In this document: positions 26,853 through 29,404 of the stretch, in pieces | Numbering within the stretch: position 1 is the stretch's first letter | Layout of the letters: each line of letters begins with the position of its first letter | Source of the DNA: Armatimonadota bacterium | GTDB lineage: Bacteria; Armatimonadota; Zipacnadia; Zipacnadales; UBA5352 | Direction: 5' to 3' | Assembly: GCA_034722055.1 (NCBI GenBank) | Contig: JAYENL010000201.1 | Span: 1-29,404, forward strand | DNA length: 29,404 nucleotides | The notes under the pieces: generated by a model | What the model saw: only the letters and a program-made list of their open reading frames with translations | What the model was told of the DNA's origin: nothing | Databases searched by the model: none | Position numbers and translations under genes: made by a program

Positions 26853-27286
26853 CCGAGCAATGGGCGGGGACGCAGGGGACGGGGCGCTGAAGGGAAGGTG
26901 AAGGCGCGTCGTGGAGCGTCGTGCAGAACCTGGACGGGCCGGCCGGCGCGTGCATCAGAGGCGCCGATGGCGGTGTGGCAGATGGGGAAAGCTGGACGGG
27001 GCACTCATGTGGAGAGCGTGGATCGTGAGCCGGAGCGCTCACAGTGAGATGACGATAACCGCTGGATTCGATGCGGAGAACACGACCGCTTGTGCACAGA
27101 ACTCACATCGCGCCACGCGGCGGGGAACTGTCCGCACGGAGTCTACGGTGGACTCGAAACGGATTCACACCGCCGCTGGGCGCGCGGCACAAGTCCTAAA
27201 GCGAGGGCAGCCACGGGGGGACTGCCGGGGCGGCTGTGTGGCACCGTCATCAGGTGCGGCACCCCCTCGAGGGCGGACAGGGAGCG

Positions 27287-28762
27287 TTACTCGAAGGCGG
27301 CCCGCAGATCATTGATGAGCCACAGCACCTGCTCGTCCTCCTCGATGAGGTCAGCGACCTTGTTGTAGGAGTGGAGGACGGTGGAGTGGTCGCGGCCGCC
27401 GAAGAACTCGCCGATGCGGGCCAGCGAGTTGTCGGTCAGCTCGCGGGCCAGATAGATGGCCACCTGCCGGGCCCAGGCGATGTCGGCGGAGCGCTTCTTG
27501 GAGACGATGTCATCCTCGGGCACGTCCATCTCGGTTGAGACGAGGTCCACGATCTCCTGCACGGAGATGCGGCGCTCGGTCGTGGAGGTGGAGTAGTCGC
27601 CAATGATGTCCTCCACGAGGCTCTTGGTGATGTGCACGTCATTGAGGGACGCGTAGGCGCAGACCTTCAGCAGTGCCCCCTCCAGGACGCGGATGTTGGA
27701 CTCGATCTTGGAGGCGACGTACTCCAGGATGTCACGGTCGAGCGGCACGCCCTCCGCCTGGGCCTTCTTCTCGAGGATGGCCACACGGGTCTCGACGTCG
27801 GGGACGCGGAGGTCGGCGACGATCCCCATCTCCAGCCTGGAGCGGAGGCGCTCGTTCATGAGCTGCAGATGGCGGGGCGGGCAGTCGGAGGCGATGACTA
27901 CTTGGCGGTTGGTCTCGTAGAGGGTGTTGAAGGTGTGGAAGAACTCCTCCTCGGAGGCCGGGCCCTCGATGGCTGCGATGAACTGGATGTCATCGATCAG
28001 CGCGATGTCCACGGAGCGGTAGTTCTGGCGGAAGCGGTCGATGGTGTTGTCACGCATGCACGAGATCATGTGGTTGACGAAGGCCTCGGCCGAGATGTAG
28101 ACCACCTTGCGGTCGGGGCGGCTAGAGATGATGGAGTGGCCGATGGCCTGGATGAGGTGGGTCTTTCCCAGGCCCGAGGCGGAGTGGATGAAGAGCGGGT
28201 TGTAGGCCTGGCCCGGGGACTTGGCGACCTGCAGGGCGGCGGCGTGGGCGAAGCGGTTGCAGTCGGCGACCACGAAGTCGTCGAAGGTGTACTTGGGATT
28301 GAGGGGCGAGGAGCGGAGCTCGCCGCTGGTGTCGGGGACCAGGGAGACGGGTGTGGCAGATGGGCCTGTTGCAGGGGGCGAGGCAGGCTCGGGCGCCTCG
28401 CTCACCGGATCGGGCTCGGCGACGTCAGGGTCAGCGACCGCCGCCTCAGACTCAGCCGCGGGGCTGTGCGCCTCCGCGGGCTGGGCCTCCGCCGGGACGT
28501 CGGGCGCCACCTGCAAGTGCACCTCGACCGGCTGTTGAGCGACCTCCTTCACGCACTCGCTCATCTCGCGGGCGTGGTGGCGCTCCAGCCAGTCCTTGGC
28601 GAACTCGTTGACGACGCCGATGATCAGGCTGTCTCCGGTGAACTCGAGGGCCTTTGCGCTGGTGAGGAAGCCGTCGAATGTGGCGGGGCTGACTCGCTCT
28701 GCGAGCAGCGGCAAACTTGCGCGCCACAGTTGCTCCCCAGAAAGCTGCGTATCGCTGGCCAT
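27287..28762 (-). CDS. dnaA: Chromosomal replication initiator DnaA
   Basis: LNPKYTFDDFV, YNPLFI..SGLGKTH, DDIQF, EEFFHTFN, GGRDHSTVLH; AAAGGA RBS. Confidence 0.98.
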   Translation of the reverse strand: MASDTQLSGEQLWRASLPLLAERVSPATFDGFLTSAKALEFTGDSLIIGVVNEFAKDWLERHHAREMSECVKEVAQQPVEVHLQVAPDVPAEAQPAEAHSPAAESEAAVADPDVAEPDPVSEAPEPASPPATGPSATPVSLVPDTSGELRSSPLNPKYTFDDFVVADCNRFAHAAALQVAKSPGQAYNPLFIHSASGLGKTHLIQAIGHSIISSRPDRKVVYISAEAFVNHMISCMRDNTIDRFRQNYRSVDIALIDDIQFIAAIEGPASEEEFFHTFNTLYETNRQVVIASDCPPRHLQLMNERLRSRLEMGIVADLRVPDVETRVAILEKKAQAEGVPLDRDILEYVASKIESNIRVLEGALLKVCAYASLNDVHITKSLVEDIIGDYSTSTTERRISVQEIVDLVSTEMDVPEDDIVSKKRSADIAWARQVAIYLARELTDNSLARIGEFFGGRDHSTVLHSYNKVADLIEEDEQVLWLINDLRAAFE

Positions 28763-28968
28763 CTGTGCTATCCGTCCTTTGCTGTATCGAACCTCAGCGA
28801 GCACCACGCAGGGCCTGCCAGGCCCCCTGCTGCGCGGGGAGTCGCCTGACTACAGCGGACATCGACGGTGCCTTGATGGCTGGTGCGATGGAAGCTTCGT
28901 GGAGAACCTCGGGGGATTGCGGCGGCTCTGAAGTGCCGCAGAGCCGCGTCGCCCTTGCCCTCCGGGGG

Positions 28969-29235
28969 TTTTCCACACGGTTATCAACACTTGTGGAAAA
29001 GTACTGTGGCCTCGTCTCTCCCTCCCCACGCCGCTCACAGTATACCAGATTGCCCCAGCCATTGCAAACGGAATCTGGGGATTCGCGCAAAATCGCTCTT
29101 TGAAGCCATCACACGCTGCTACGGCGGGATTCGACAGGTTGGCATGGGGATTGCCCGATGGTGGCACGGCCCTTCCGGGCCTGAGGGGAAATGTGGAAAA
29201 GCATCGGCACCGTGGATAATTCGCAGGTTGGATAA
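28969..29235. promoter_or_regulatory. DnaA-box cluster upstream of dnaA
   Basis: TTTTCCACA 28969-28977, TTATCAACA 28981-28989, TGTGGAAAA 28992-29000 and 29192-29200, CGTGGATAA 29211-29219. Confidence 0.85.
29039..29067 (-). promoter_or_regulatory. sigma70-type dnaA promoter
   Basis: TTGCAA-N17-TATACT with TG extension; DnaA boxes just downstream fit autorepression. Confidence 0.7.
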
Positions 29236-29404
29236 ATGGCAAAGCGCCGAGGAATCTATGTCAAATAGTTGGCGGCATCGGTCGAGAGGGTAGTCTCCTT
29301 GACCGCACACGACCACCGCGGCGGGAGGGTGTGCGAGGTGTGGTGGTTCCGGTACGCGGTGGCGGCTCGGGCGCCGTGGAGGGGCGTGGCGGGAAGGGAA
29401 CGGG

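Noticed and set aside
27146..27160. Minus-strand GTTTCGAGTCC resembling a tRNA T-loop
   Set aside because: No cloverleaf can be built around it
218..28849. Long antisense or alternative-frame ORFs (218-1894, 2338-4833, 4655-6373, 20003-22069, 22066-24090, 27632-28849, etc.)
   Set aside because: Shadow ORFs opposite well-supported genes, expected at high GC; no recognisable motifs
29115..29140. GGATTCGACAGG resembling a tmRNA 5' end
   Set aside because: Lacks the GGGG acceptor-stem start, has no matching 3' tRNA-like end, and lies among DnaA boxes

Overview
High-GC bacterial chromosome segment around the replication origin. Right half (- strand): dnaA, dnaN, a secreted (alpha/alpha)6-barrel protein, recF, dciA/DUF721, rtcB, a Na/Ca antiporter, serS, an orphan PAS histidine kinase, a sugar-phosphate isomerase and a membrane protein. 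Middle (+ strand, converging on the dnaA block): three perfect parS sites followed by rsmG-parA-parB. Left: catabolic genes (D-aminoacylase, sulfatase, Tat lipoprotein, Gfo/Idh/MocA oxidoreductase, GH151-like glycosidase). The non-coding DNA is the richest part: (1) DnaA-box clusters and a box/trio unwinding module flanking dnaA, plus a second DnaA-box/parS region about 18 kb away that coincides with an apparent GC-skew flip; (2) a 283-bp MITE with 23-bp perfect TIRs and a 9-bp TSD, inserted 16 bp upstream of a sigma70 -35 box; (3) a structured ~170-nt leader in front of the kinase; (4) several REP-like palindrome families; (5) AGCNNNN heptamer arrays just upstream of ribosome-binding sites. 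All calls come from reading the sequence by eye; no searches were run.
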